From Malacoraja senta (taxonomy: Eukaryota): DNA of 64,000 nt. Where the stretch lies: assembly GCA_038087875.1 (NCBI GenBank), contig CM075988.1, positions 24,492,001 to 24,556,000 on the forward strand. The letters run 5' to 3'. Shown one piece after another: positions 37,776 through 49,312 of the stretch; within the stretch, counting starts at the first letter, position 1, and each line of letters opens with the position of its first letter. The notes below the pieces were generated by a model, which did not search any database, was not told where the DNA came from, and worked only from the letters and a program-made list of their open reading frames with translations. The position numbers and the translations under genes are program-made.

Positions 37776-39239
37776 CCCATAATGGGAAGCCAAACACAGA
37801 AGAGAAACACACACAAAAGAAATCATGAATCATGCATGAATTACACATAAAATTTGAAAGAGAGAGATTGCAAAAACATTAATTCAGAAATATAATTTGA
37901 AAAAAAAAAGAAGCAGGTTCCTGGGTCATAAATATTAACTGCTTCTTTTTCCAGTTATGCTGCCGAATTCACTGAATGTTTACAGAATGTTCATGTTGTG
38001 GAGCAAACGAGGGGGTTTTAATAAATTGTTCGTTAAAAATGTGTTTGCAAATTTAAATATGGCCATAAAAAGTCTAAAAGGAATGAATGGAGGTGGAGAA
38101 TACAAAATTGAAAGTAACATTGAACTTGTTCGACCAATGGCTTTACTGTGCTTCATCTAGGTGCCGATTATTGAAAGGATATTAAAGCTAGAGAATGATG
38201 TCAGTCATGGGCAGGAACACAGAGATATCATGTGGAAATCAAGGGACTTTGCATTGCAAAGCAATCTCAAGGGGTACATGATCTACTTCCTCTTCCCATT
38301 CTTTCCTTCCTTAGCACCAACGTGGTGCCATTCCAGACTGCAATGGATGATTCATGGGATGCAATCAGAAATAGCAGGTGGGATGGACAAAAAATAAAAA
38401 AGGGCCAGAGAAGAGGGAGGAAAAGGATGCTGCAAAAAGAGCCAGGGTAACATCTTACTATGTTTTAGAATCGTCTATGTTTTATTTTAGGAATATGGGA
38501 ATGTAATATTATGGTCCATCTTAATTGCCTCTGGCCTAGCCAACTAGTTTCAAGAGACAGTAATGGTGAAATTATTCTCTAATTATCCCAATGATTTGCT
38601 ATCCCCGTATCATTAACCAGGATACATCTCCATTTCTGAGACTTAATTGGGTTTGGTGCCACAAACCTGGTCTCCATTCCATTGGAGACATGTCTCTCTT
38701 TTTCCACTCTGGCCCTTCTCCATAATTTAAAACACATTTGTTTTCCCCACATTTTCACTCTGTCATTGACTTGAAAGACTAATTATGTTTTTGCTTTCAG
38801 AGGCTGCAGAGTATTTCCATTTTTTTCTTCTTCGTTTCAGATTTCCAACATCTGCAGTTTTTGCTCTTCAATCGCTGGCCGGCATTCTACTTATGGGTGG
38901 GCACCTCTGGACCATTGTTCCACATTTCCTACTTCTTCCAAGCTGTAGCCATTGATTAAATTACTTAGATAGAGTATTTCAAAACATTATTTCAAACATC
39001 TTAACATAGATTGAAAAAATCTATCTAATTGCATTTGAATGAATCAATATGACTACTCCCACCAGCTTGTTGGGGAATCTGCTTCACAGGCAGACAGATT
39101 GAAATTGCATTTTGAGAAATGTTTTTAATTCACCCTCTTCGATCACACTGGCTGTGTCCTTCTGGACAAGGTGAAACAACCTGTCATAATCTATATTGTA
39201 GAGAACCGTTAGAATTTTAAAAGCAGTAATCATATCACC

Positions 39240-39742
39240 TAAGATAGACACAAAATGCTGGAGTAACCCAGCAGGTCAGGCGGTATCTCTGGAGAAAAAG
39301 AATAGGTGATGTTTCGGGTCAGAACCCTTCTTCAGACCGTCTGAAGGGAGATAGACACAAAACGCTGGAGTAACTTATCGGGACAGGCAGCATCTCCGGA
39401 GAGAAGGAATGGGTGATGTTCCGGTTCGAGACCCTACTTCAGACTGAGAATCGGGGTCGAGGGAAACTGGTGATATGGAAGGGTACAAATAGCATGTAAG
39501 GTGTGAAAAGGACAGATCAAAAACAAACGATGATTAAGGAAATGTACAATGGTTTGTTGTTAGCTGAGGGGAAGGTGACAATGAGGCATACAAACAATAA
39601 GGTTAATCACAAGGACAGTGAGAGTAGTTCCGACCCAAAATGTTGCCTATTATTTTTCTCCACAGATACTGCCTGACCCACACAGTTACTCCAGTATTTT
39701 GTGTCTATCTTCGATGTAAATCAGCATCTGCAGTTCCTTCCT
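39240..39742. mobile_element. Penelope pseudo-LTR cluster with tandem and inverted units
   Basis: Two tandem minus units and a closing plus unit. Confidence 0.75.
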
Positions 39743-39884
39743 AATCATATCTCCTCTCAACTTTCTGTTCCCAATGTGAACGAGCCCAGCCTTCTATACC
39801 TTCTTTAACTTCTGTGATATCTTTTTCACATCGACTGGACAAACCATCCTAAATATTCTTAATATAGTGATCTATAATGGGGCC

Positions 39885-40131
39885 AAGTCAAGTCACTTTT
39901 ATTTCTATAGCACATTTAAAAAACAACTCTCGTTGGCCAAAGTGCTTCACATTGGTGGAGGTACTAACGTTATACAACAGTGGTTCATAGATTAAGCACA
40001 TCCATAAATACATACATAAAGACTTGAGAGTAAAGATGATTTTTCAGTCTCGACTTAAAGGAGTCGATGGAGGGGGCAGTTCTGATGGGAAGAGGGATGC
40101 TGTTCCACAGTCTAGGAGCTGCAAATGCAAA
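39885..40131 (-). mobile_element. L2-clade LINE 3' end
   Basis: Minus strand translates FAFAAPRLWNSIPLPIRTAPSIDSFKSRLKNHLYSQV; (CTTGA)n tail. Confidence 0.8.
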
Positions 40132-42562
40132 GTCACCATGAGAAAGCTAAACCTCATTCAGGAGATGGCAGCCTGTTTGAGTGGCATCTCCTCCACCCCC
40201 ATAAACATGCATTCCCTCCGCACCAGTGTACCATGGCTGCAATGTCTTCCTTCTATAAAATGCACGTTACAGCTCTAGGCTACTCGGGCAATATCTCACA
40301 AATGTAGCATCTCTATCTACAAGCAGGACAGGGACAGCTTGCAACCTGTCAGCTCAAACATAATCCTGACTGGTTAATATTCATGTGTAGAAAGGAACTG
40401 CAGATGCTGGTTTATACCAAAGAGAGACAAAAGCCATTGTGGTGACTCGGTGAGTCAGGCAGCATCTGTGGAGAAAAAGGATGGGTGATGTTTTGGCTCG
40501 GAACCCTTCTTCAGACTGAATATACCAGCCAGCATTCAACAAAAGCATTCAGCCATTCAGGCCTGCTCCACCATTCAACAAGATGACAGATGATTATCCA
40601 CTTCAGACCCAGTTCCTGCCTTCCCCTCATATTCTTGATGCCTTTCGTTTTCAGAAATGTATCTACTTCTTCCTTGAATGTCTTGGCCTCCACTGCCTTC
40701 TGGGGTGGAGAATTCCAGATGATGGAATTTCTCCTGATTTCAGTTTTAAGCGTAGGGAGGCTGTGACCCCTAGTTCTATGTACCCCACCCACGAGGAAGA
40801 CTCTTGCTGCACCTCATTTGTCTTTGTCCTGACTTGTTGCTGCTTCTGTTGTGAAAATGGTTTCAATCTTCATATTCAGAAGAGGAGTTCAGCAAGTCCC
40901 AGGTGGAATGCAGGCTTCGGTGGATAGAATTGATCCTGGAGGTTTCACAACTACAGAGGTGCTTTGTGCACAGATCTGCTCAGGAGCATAGATTTCCTTG
41001 CAACTGTTCGGCACTCTTCCTTCAAGAATCAATTGCTTGTGTAGAACATTGGCAGAAGACAGCAGACAATGTAGAGGTAGAAACAAAGAACTGCAGATGC
41101 CGGTTAATACACAAAAGGGCACAAAGTGCTGGAGTAACTCAGCAGGCCATGCAGCATCTCTGGAGAATACGAACAGGCAACATTTTGGGTCGAGACCCTT
41201 CTTCAGAATCTGCCTTTCTATATTTGAAGGAGGGTCTCAACCCGAAACATTGCCTGCCCATGTTCTCCTGAGATGCTGCCTGACTTGCTGAGTTACTCCA
41301 ACATCAAACAGGATCATTTTAATCTCAAGGCTACCACTTTGGGAGAACTCAGATGAGGATGGCCGAATTGAGCAGTTACAAATGTTAGAGTGCCCAAAGA
41401 CGCTGGCCTTAATCCTGACCTTGATGCATGCCCTCGTTGAGACTGAAGCCCATAAGAAGCCTATCTCCTGGAGATTGGAGTGGCAGTTATGCAAGTAAAT
41501 CAGTTTGTCCCAGCGGTGAAAGATAAACCAAAGGCAATGAACTGGAATGACCAACTGCTCCCGGAGTGAGTGTCACAGGTCGACTAACAATGCAATGAAT
41601 GAGAGTTGCAGATCAGACTATGAATATGGGTGATATATGGTCTAGGTGAAACTGATGAATGGTGAACAGCACACAGAATAGTAGTCACAGGCTAAATGAC
41701 ACACTATACATGGACTGAGGGTCTGTCACAGATGTGGGTAAATGACATTTTAGGGACCGATTTGCAGAAATCACTTGGTGTTTACACAATTTCAGGAATT
41801 AATGCAGAGGGATTTTAATGTTATGCAATGATGCTTGTAAACTAGGTAGCAGTGTTAAATGTGTTTTAAAAAATACTAATGGAAACTATTCTTACTAACT
41901 TGGGGTTTAATTGTTTTTGTGTTGTGAGGCAGGAATGCAATATAATTGGATCTGTGCAGATAATGAGGGCAGAGGGTCCAGTGAAATCACAACCACACTC
42001 CTCCAGGCTGGTTCTAGTCAACTGCACCATCAAATGAGAAATTAATTCCCGGAGAGAACAAATGGTTATTAGAATTTTCTAAAGAAATCAACTTGCTTTG
42101 GTATAAAGTTATTCAAGTCAAGATTGTTCCTAAGTGAAAAGCTCACATACTGTGACACTTTGCTTATCTAGACTGGAAATTGTGCCTCATTCCCGTGTTA
42201 ATTATGCATTGCTGCAAATGTCTGTTGTTGATTTTACATTCATTTACGCTTTGTGTCTGCAATTTCCGACTGCATTTTGTTGGGGAGATCAACCCCTCTT
42301 CACCGTGCTGGGGTTTCAATGACGTGTTGTGCTTGCTGTGTTTCATATGAACTCCTTTTGGATCATTTCTGAAGTGTCTGTTTTGGTGCGGTTTTTAAGA
42401 TTATTAATCTGAGAAAACAAACACTGCAGTAAAATAGACTGTTTGCAGCAGGTCTTGTCATAAGTTCTACCTAATTCCATCTCAGTCTCCGGTGCATTGG
42501 TGTCAATACACTCTCAAGTGAAAGACCTCCCCGGCTCAATTGTTTAGCTTAGATGTGGCTGA

Positions 42563-42781
42563 AGGGCCTGTCCCACTTGGCGATTTTTTCGGTGACTGCC
42601 GGCATCACTGACCGACGTATCAGGTCACCGAAAAAATTTACGGCGTGATGACGCGCGGTGCTTTTTCAAGTGTCGCAACATTTTTTTTGTCGCCGTTGAA
42701 TTTTTGAAATGTTCAAAATCTTTCGGAGACACTGGTATGACGCCAGCAGTCGCCGAAAAAAATAGCCGTGGGTCAGGCCCT
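42563..42781. mobile_element. PIF/Harbinger-like MITE
   Basis: TIRs AGGGCCTGTCCCAC / GTGGGTCAGGCCCT; flanks TGA/TAA. Confidence 0.8.
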
Positions 42782-43469
42782 TAATGATCCCAAGGGTGAA
42801 CCTGCTCCAAATCTCACTAGTGGCTGTCAGCTAACTCAAGGGCCGAAATGGACCAGCCCACGGGCTGTCTATTTTGGACAATAAAGCACAGAATTTAATC
42901 TCCAGATTAACTAACTGTGCATAATGTCAGTCATGCCGAATACGACTGTAGGTAATCATTGCCTCGAACTACACAGAAGTCCTGCAAATGTTAATGATCC
43001 ATGGGGATTGTGAAGGAGAGGAGGAGCCCCGGGCGATACAGCGTGCAGCCCTTCCAGGGGCCGATCACTAATCCGACAGCCACAGTGTATTTTCTGTGGC
43101 AGGACATTATTAGCTTTCAAAAGTTAATTGCAGTACCCGAGTACCTGGATGCACAGTGTCAGGGGTTAGTATATTTTCATTTATACAGGAGTTCTTGAAT
43201 GGCTCCTTGTGCAATGAGTGCATCACAAGAATTAAACAAAACTGACAGTACAATCCATTCCCCTTACCCATCTCTTTACTCATGGTTTAAATTTTATGGA
43301 TCAAACACAGCACCTGATCTAAACAACACCAAGCCACAATAATCGTACATGGTTTTGTATGTTCAGCAAAAGTCATGGTGATAGCAGACTACAGCAAATG
43401 GTGCCTCTGGGGATCAGTACTGGGTCTCTAGCTTTTAACTACATTTATCGAAGGCTTAGACAAAGTCTT

Positions 43470-44310
43470 CAGTGCAGGCCTTGGCACACAGACGCCCGTC
43501 GGTCGTGGCCAGACTTGCATGCTATAACAGGCTACAAAGCATAAGTTGTGGCAGAATCGCTGTCAACAACGCATCCGTCCTTGGCGAGTTCAAAGACTTC
43601 TATGCTCATTTTGTGCAGAAGGTCAGTGGATTAATGTCACCCGCCCGACAGCCTCGGGTGCACAAGTTGTAGATGTCAGATTAGCCTTCCTGGTAGTGAA
43701 CCCATGGAAAGCAATTGGCCTTGATGGAGTCTCCGGCTGTGTTTTCAGAACCTGAAGATACGACACCAAATGCGAGAGTAACTCAGCGGGACAGGCAGCA
43801 TCTCTGGAGAGAAGGAATGGGTGACGTTTCGGGTCGAGACCCTTCTTCTGACTGCAGGCTTCGGAACCTGTGCGGAGCAGCTGGCAGGAGCATTTGTGGA
43901 CATCTTTACCCCCTCCCTATTCCACTCCGAGGTTCCCTGTGACTACAATCATTCCAGTGCCATAGAAAAACAAGGTAGCATGCTCTACTGAACACTGTCT
44001 AGTGGTTCTCCATCCACCATGACAAAGTGATTCAAGAGGCTGCTTATGGAACACTATTCGAACCTCCCAGTAAGTCTTAATTCACCATTTGCCTACCACT
44101 TCAACAGGTCCATGTCAAACACCATCTCCATGGCCCTATAGTCATCCCTGGAACATCTGGAACAAATTCCTGTTTGTTGATTATAGCTCTACCTTCACCA
44201 CCATAATTCCAACCAAACTCATCTCCAAACATCTGGACCTAGATCTCAACAGTCATTTCTGCAACTGGATCCTTGGCTCATCCATAGGCTGCAATCTGTA
44301 AGGATAGACA
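43470..44310 (+). pseudogene. Degraded Rex1/Babar LINE RT fragment with Penelope mini-insertion at about 43755-43859
   Basis: VNPWKAIGLDGVSGCVFRT, CAEQLAG and LFVDYSSTFTTIIPTKLISK...CNWIL; insertion flanked by TTCAGAACCTG / TTCGGAACCTG. Confidence 0.75.
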
Positions 44311-45875
44311 ACACACATCCTGCTGGGTTTCCTCAATGCCTTTCAGGATGCTCCTTCTCCAGTTTGAGCCGTACAAAGCCAGCGATCCCTGCAAGTTGGT
44401 GGGAATGGTACACTCACTCATGGAGCTTTGAGAACGTCCTGGCACTGTTACACTCCTGATACAACCCGGGTCGCCGGCGCTGCAAGCACTGTAAGGCAGC
44501 GACTCTACCTCTGCGCCACAGTGGCCCCCAGGTGTGGAGTTAATTGGTGGATACAGAAATACCCTGGTGCAGCTGTTAACCCTGAAGGGGACATAATCAT
44601 AAAATCAATGTGAGACCATTCAAGAATAATGTCCAGGAACACCTTCAAAAAGCTACATTCTCTGTACCAATACAAAATAAGTTATCACCCTATAACAATT
44701 TCTGAATGATTATGGAATGAGATTCAACAATTTCATTTCCACTTTCTAGACTAGAAAGATTGTTTGCCATTTTTTAAAAATCATTCCTAAATTAGACTTC
44801 AAAGCAAAATACGTTGCGTGTCCGTTGCGTGTCCATCGAACGGCTTGCTCGGACACTTGTAGGGGTGGCATTTATAAGCAAGGAGCATACTGTTGTTCCC
44901 CTATCAATGCATGTGTTTACACTGATCTTATTTACAGCAGATTCATATAATGTGCTGCATCTCAAACAATGTAATGGTTTCAGGCTTTCACTTTGCAGAA
45001 TAATGCTTAGAGACCCCACATGTAAAGAGTTAGTCTGCTGCCTTGCAAATAAATCTCCCCTCCGTTTGGATATTATTGCTACGATGCAATGTTTTCTGTA
45101 GAAATTACACAGGAGAAATCAAGAATCAACCACATTAATAAATCTGAAGTCAGACCACATACATATGGATTATTTCCTCCGCTAACAGACATTAATAAAC
45201 CAAATGCGTTTTAATACAACCTTTTAGTTTCTTAATCAAATTACTGATATTAGCTTTTTGTTCCAGAGTTAATTAATTACTTGAATTTAAATTCCCAGCA
45301 GTCCAGTAGGATTTGAATTTATGGCTCTGGATTAATAGTCCAAACCTCTGAATAGTAGTCCAATAATTTTATCTGTATGCCATTCTATGTCAAGAAAGCT
45401 CCTCATTTAAAAAAAGTCCTCTTTGCTAAGATCCAATCTAAGATTTATGTGGCAAGTTAATGGATAATTAATGTGCAGAATACATCAATTTTCTTGTAAC
45501 TCACATTGATGATGAGGGTGCTCTTGCAAAGACGGGGTTTTTTTGTTATTCATTCACAGGACATGAACATCACTGACAATGTTGGCAGTAATTCTCCGTT
45601 CCTAATTACACATGAACTGAGAAAGCAGTTAAGGATATGGTGTTACATAGTGTCGTACAGCTCAGAAGCACGCCCTTTGGCCCATCGCCTCCATGCAGAC
45701 CGTCAGTAATGCATTGAAGATAAGACACAAAGTGCTGGAGTAGTTACTCAGCGGGACTTGCAGCATCTCTGGAGATATACTTATCCTATTTACTTGCACT
45801 TGGTCCATTAGCTTCTCGGCCTTGGCAATTCACATGATGAACTGGATACTTCGTGAAATCAGCTGAACCAAGTAA

Positions 45876-46207
45876 TGACCCTGTCCCACAGTACGAGTTC
45901 ATTCCAAGAGCTCTCCCGAGTTTGCCCTGATTTGAACTCAGAGATTTACGGTAATGGCCACTCGTAGGTACTCAGGGCTCTCGTGGACATTTTTCAACAT
46001 GTTGAAAAATCTTCACGAGTCTTCCCGTGCGTACCTGCCTTTAGCGAGTCTTCCCGAGTACCTGCCGTTAGTTTTACGAGCCGCTAAGAGACGTCCCCGA
46101 GCTCCGACGTACCCGCTACGTTCATTCTCCGTGCTTACCACGAGTTTGATTTTTTTTTTAAACTCGGGAGAGCTCTTGGAATGGACTCGTACCGTGGGAC
46201 AGGGCCA
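45876..46207. mobile_element. PIF/Harbinger-like MITE, family H1
   Basis: Same TIRs; flanks TAA/TGA. Confidence 0.85.
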
Positions 46208-46218
46208 TGAGGATATTT

Positions 46219-46246
46219 CTGAAGAAGGGTCTCGACCCGAAACGTC
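46219..46246 (+). ncRNA. Minimal hammerhead ribozyme motif in a Penelope pseudo-LTR
   Basis: CTGAAGA-A-GGGTC-TC-GACCC-GAAAC-GTC; 5' strand of stem I appears lost. Confidence 0.55.
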
Positions 46247-46414
46247 ACCCATCCCTTCTCTCCAGAGATGCTGCCTGTCCCGCTGAGTTACTCCAGCTTT
46301 TTGTGTCTATCTAAGGATATTTCTTTCCCTGAAGGGTATTAGTAAATTAGTTGGGTTTTCACAACAATCTGGTAGATTCATGGTCACTATTCCCCCTGTA
46401 GTGTGTTTTTTTTT

Positions 46415-46710
46415 AAAGATACAGAGTTGAAACAGACCCATTGACCCATTGGCCCACTGACCAACGACCACTGCACACGAGCTCTGTGTTATCACATCTT
46501 TGCATCCTACACACTAGGGACAATTTACAGAAGCCAATTAATGTACAAACCCGCACGTCTTCAGAATGTGGGTGGAAACCAGAGCACCCAGAGAAAACCC
46601 ATGTGGTTATTGAGAGAATGTACAAACTCCATACAGACAGAACTTGTGGTCAGGATTGAACAAAAGTCCCTGGCACTGTAAGGCACCAACTCTCCCACTG
46701 CACCACTGTG
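46415..46710 (-). mobile_element. HE1-type V-SINE, diverged
   Basis: V domain and tail in reverse. Confidence 0.7.
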
Positions 46711-46721
46711 TCTTTGGATTG

Positions 46722-46860
46722 CTTCTTCTTCTTGCGTATGGCGTGCACAGCCTAAAGTTGTAAGACAACTTGTTCTGTTTGATCTTCTGTTTGTGCACGC
46801 CAAGTTGATTGCATTCGTTGAAACAGGGTGGACCACGTGAAGGTTGCAATCTCCCACCCC
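46722..46860 (-). mobile_element. Short (GAA)n-tailed retroposon, family A, full length
   Basis: Perfect TSD TCTTTGGATTG(C) at 46711-46721 and 46861-46871. Confidence 0.9.
46807..46860 (-). ncRNA. Minimal HDV-like ribozyme fold
   Basis: GGGGTGG GA GATTGCA ACC TTCACGT GGT CCACCCT GTTTCAAC GAA TGCAATC; P1 (G-U at +1), P2 and P3 all pair. Confidence 0.85.
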
Positions 46861-47088
46861 TCTTTGGATTGCAATAGTGGGATATGAACTCTTGTCTCCA
46901 GATCAATAGTCCATGCTTCTAGTTTAGTGAAGTTTAGAGATACAGCGAGGAAACTAGATACTAATTCAGTAATCTAACTATAATGTTACTGTGCCTTCAA
47001 TGGCAGAACAATGCAAGTTGTTCATCTACTTGTGCTGACTAATAACTCCGTATTTCTCACATTCACACAACACCTTATGGATTTAAAT

Positions 47089-49312
47089 CAGCGGTTCTTA
47101 ACCTGGGGGTCGTGACCCCCATGGGGGTTATTTGGGGGTTTTCTGGGGGTCATGAAGTGGTCATAAATAACATATCAATTTGTTGAGCCCATTTTTAGGA
47201 ACCTAACAAAGGTACATACCACACACAGTATTTTGTTTGCGTATGCGCGTATGTATACACACACACAAACTGTGTGTGTTGTGAAACATGTCTGCCAAGA
47301 ATCGCACGTCTAGTGAAGCATTTTTTTATTTTTTTATTTATCATTACACTTATGGGCGCCTTTCAAAGACTCTCAAGGACGCCTTGCAGATAAGCAGATT
47401 ACAAAACATATAAGCAGAATAAAAAATTAAAAAAATAGTAGGGACATCAACAACATCACAATGCACAAATTAAGGACAAAATTCATTCCAAAGGCACAAA
47501 AAAGAAAATCAGAAACACAATTTCTCATATTCGGCTTCACAAGCATTGTTCAAAAACCCGTGGTCAAGTCACAATGTGTTATCTGTGCCAAGGTTTTGAG
47601 CCATGAGAGCATGAAGTCCAGCAAACTGAAGATCCATTTGGAGTCTTGTCACAGCAACCTGGCGGGGAAGGGCGTGGACTATTTCAAACGAAAAGAAGCT
47701 GCACTCAAGGGTTCGACGGGTCACTGCGCTCATCAAAATGAAGCAGCGTTGGAGGCTTCATACCGGATTGCTTATCGAATTGCACAGACTAAGAAACCTC
47801 ACACCATCGGTGAAGAGCTTATCAAACCATGCCTTCTCGAAGCAGCGAAATTGGTGCTAGGGGAACAGCAAGTTCAGGCAGATTTCCCCTTCGAATAACA
47901 CAGTCAAAAGTCGAATCTCGGATATGAGTAATGATATTCTGCTGCAAGTAGTGAGCGTTGTGAAGAGCAGTCCAGTGAATTCACTGCAACTGGACGAGTC
48001 AACAGATGTTGCCTCATGTTCCCAACTGCTAGTCTACGTTCGTTACCTCGACGGAGAAGCCATGAAGGAGGAGTACCTGTTCTCGGAGCCATTGGCTACT
48101 ACCACTCGGGGAGAAGATGTGTTCTGAATGTTGGAAGCCTTCCTCATCAAACATGAGCTTGGCTGGGAACGACTTGTCGGGGTGTGTACAGATGGGGCAC
48201 CTTCCATAGTTGGATGCAGATCTGGCTTCAAAACTTTTGTGAACGATGTCGCTCCCCATGTCTCCTTCACCCACAGCATGATGCATCGCCATGCTTTAGC
48301 GATGAAGACTCTCCCTCCCGGTCTTCGAGAAGTGCTTTCAGATGTGGTGAAGATTATGAAACACATCCGAGGGAGCGCAACAAATGCAAGAATCTTCAAA
48401 GCGATGTGTGAAGAAATGGGCGCCGATTTCACTGTTCTGATATTCCACACAGAGGTGCGCTGGCTTTCGCGTGGTAACGTTCTCAATCGTGTGATTCAAC
48501 TTCGAGAGGAAATAGCACTGTTCTTGGAGGGAGGGTGTACTGAGAAGGAGAATCAGCTTCATGAAAAGATGCAGCATGAACTGTTCGTGATGAAGGTTCA
48601 CTTGGCTGACTTCAAGGATACTTCCTGATGCTACACACGGCTCGTGACAAAGAGGCAGCGTTCAGGAGGAAGATTCCTGAAGAGTCCAGGATGGTGGCAC
48701 GACTATCTTCCCTGAGATGACGACTCCCCTGGATGCTACACCAGATGCTTAATGCCACTTCCACGAGGAGATCTCAACCCACCTTCTGGCAATTAATGAA
48801 GCCATAGAACGTTACTTGCCCGGACTGGACGACCGCTCTCCGACCCTTTTCCATTGAAGACGGTGCCATCAGAGATACTGACGTGGTTGCAAAGGTCGAA
48901 TTTTACCGAATTCGTGAAGATGCGCAGCTCAAGAGTGACTTCATGGAACAAGAGCTTAGCCACGTTTTAGCTGAAAGTGAAGGACCGTCCTGTCCTTTTG
49001 AAGAGGGCCCTGACCCTATTGGACCAGTGCCCTTCAACCTATCACTGTGAGGCTGTATTCTCAACCATGGTAACTCTGAAAATGGAATAGGCTTGTGATC
49101 GACACTGGCATGAGGTGCTGTCTGTCGAGCATTCGTCCTCGTTTTGATCGCCTGATGGCTGCGAAGCAATTTCAGCCATCCCATTGATTGTGTATTAGCA
49201 GACATGTTTTAATAAATCAGGCTGGGTTTTTTTCAATTTTTGTTTCGGGGGTCACGGTACTGACCAAGAATATCTGATAGGGCCATGGGGCCAAAAAGGT
49301 TAAGAACCACTG
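47089..49312 (+). mobile_element. hAT transposon, Buster/Charlie type, both ends present
   Basis: TIRs CAGCGGTTCTTAACCT / AGGTTAAGAACCACTG; 8-bp TSD ATTTAAAT / AGTTAAAT with central TA. Confidence 0.92.
47520..49187 (+). pseudogene. Decayed hAT Buster-type transposase (ZBED5/SCAND3/GTF2IRD2-like)
   Basis: BED finger CVIC...[52 protein letters not shown] and terminal KQFQPSH*; several stops and frameshifts. Confidence 0.9.
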
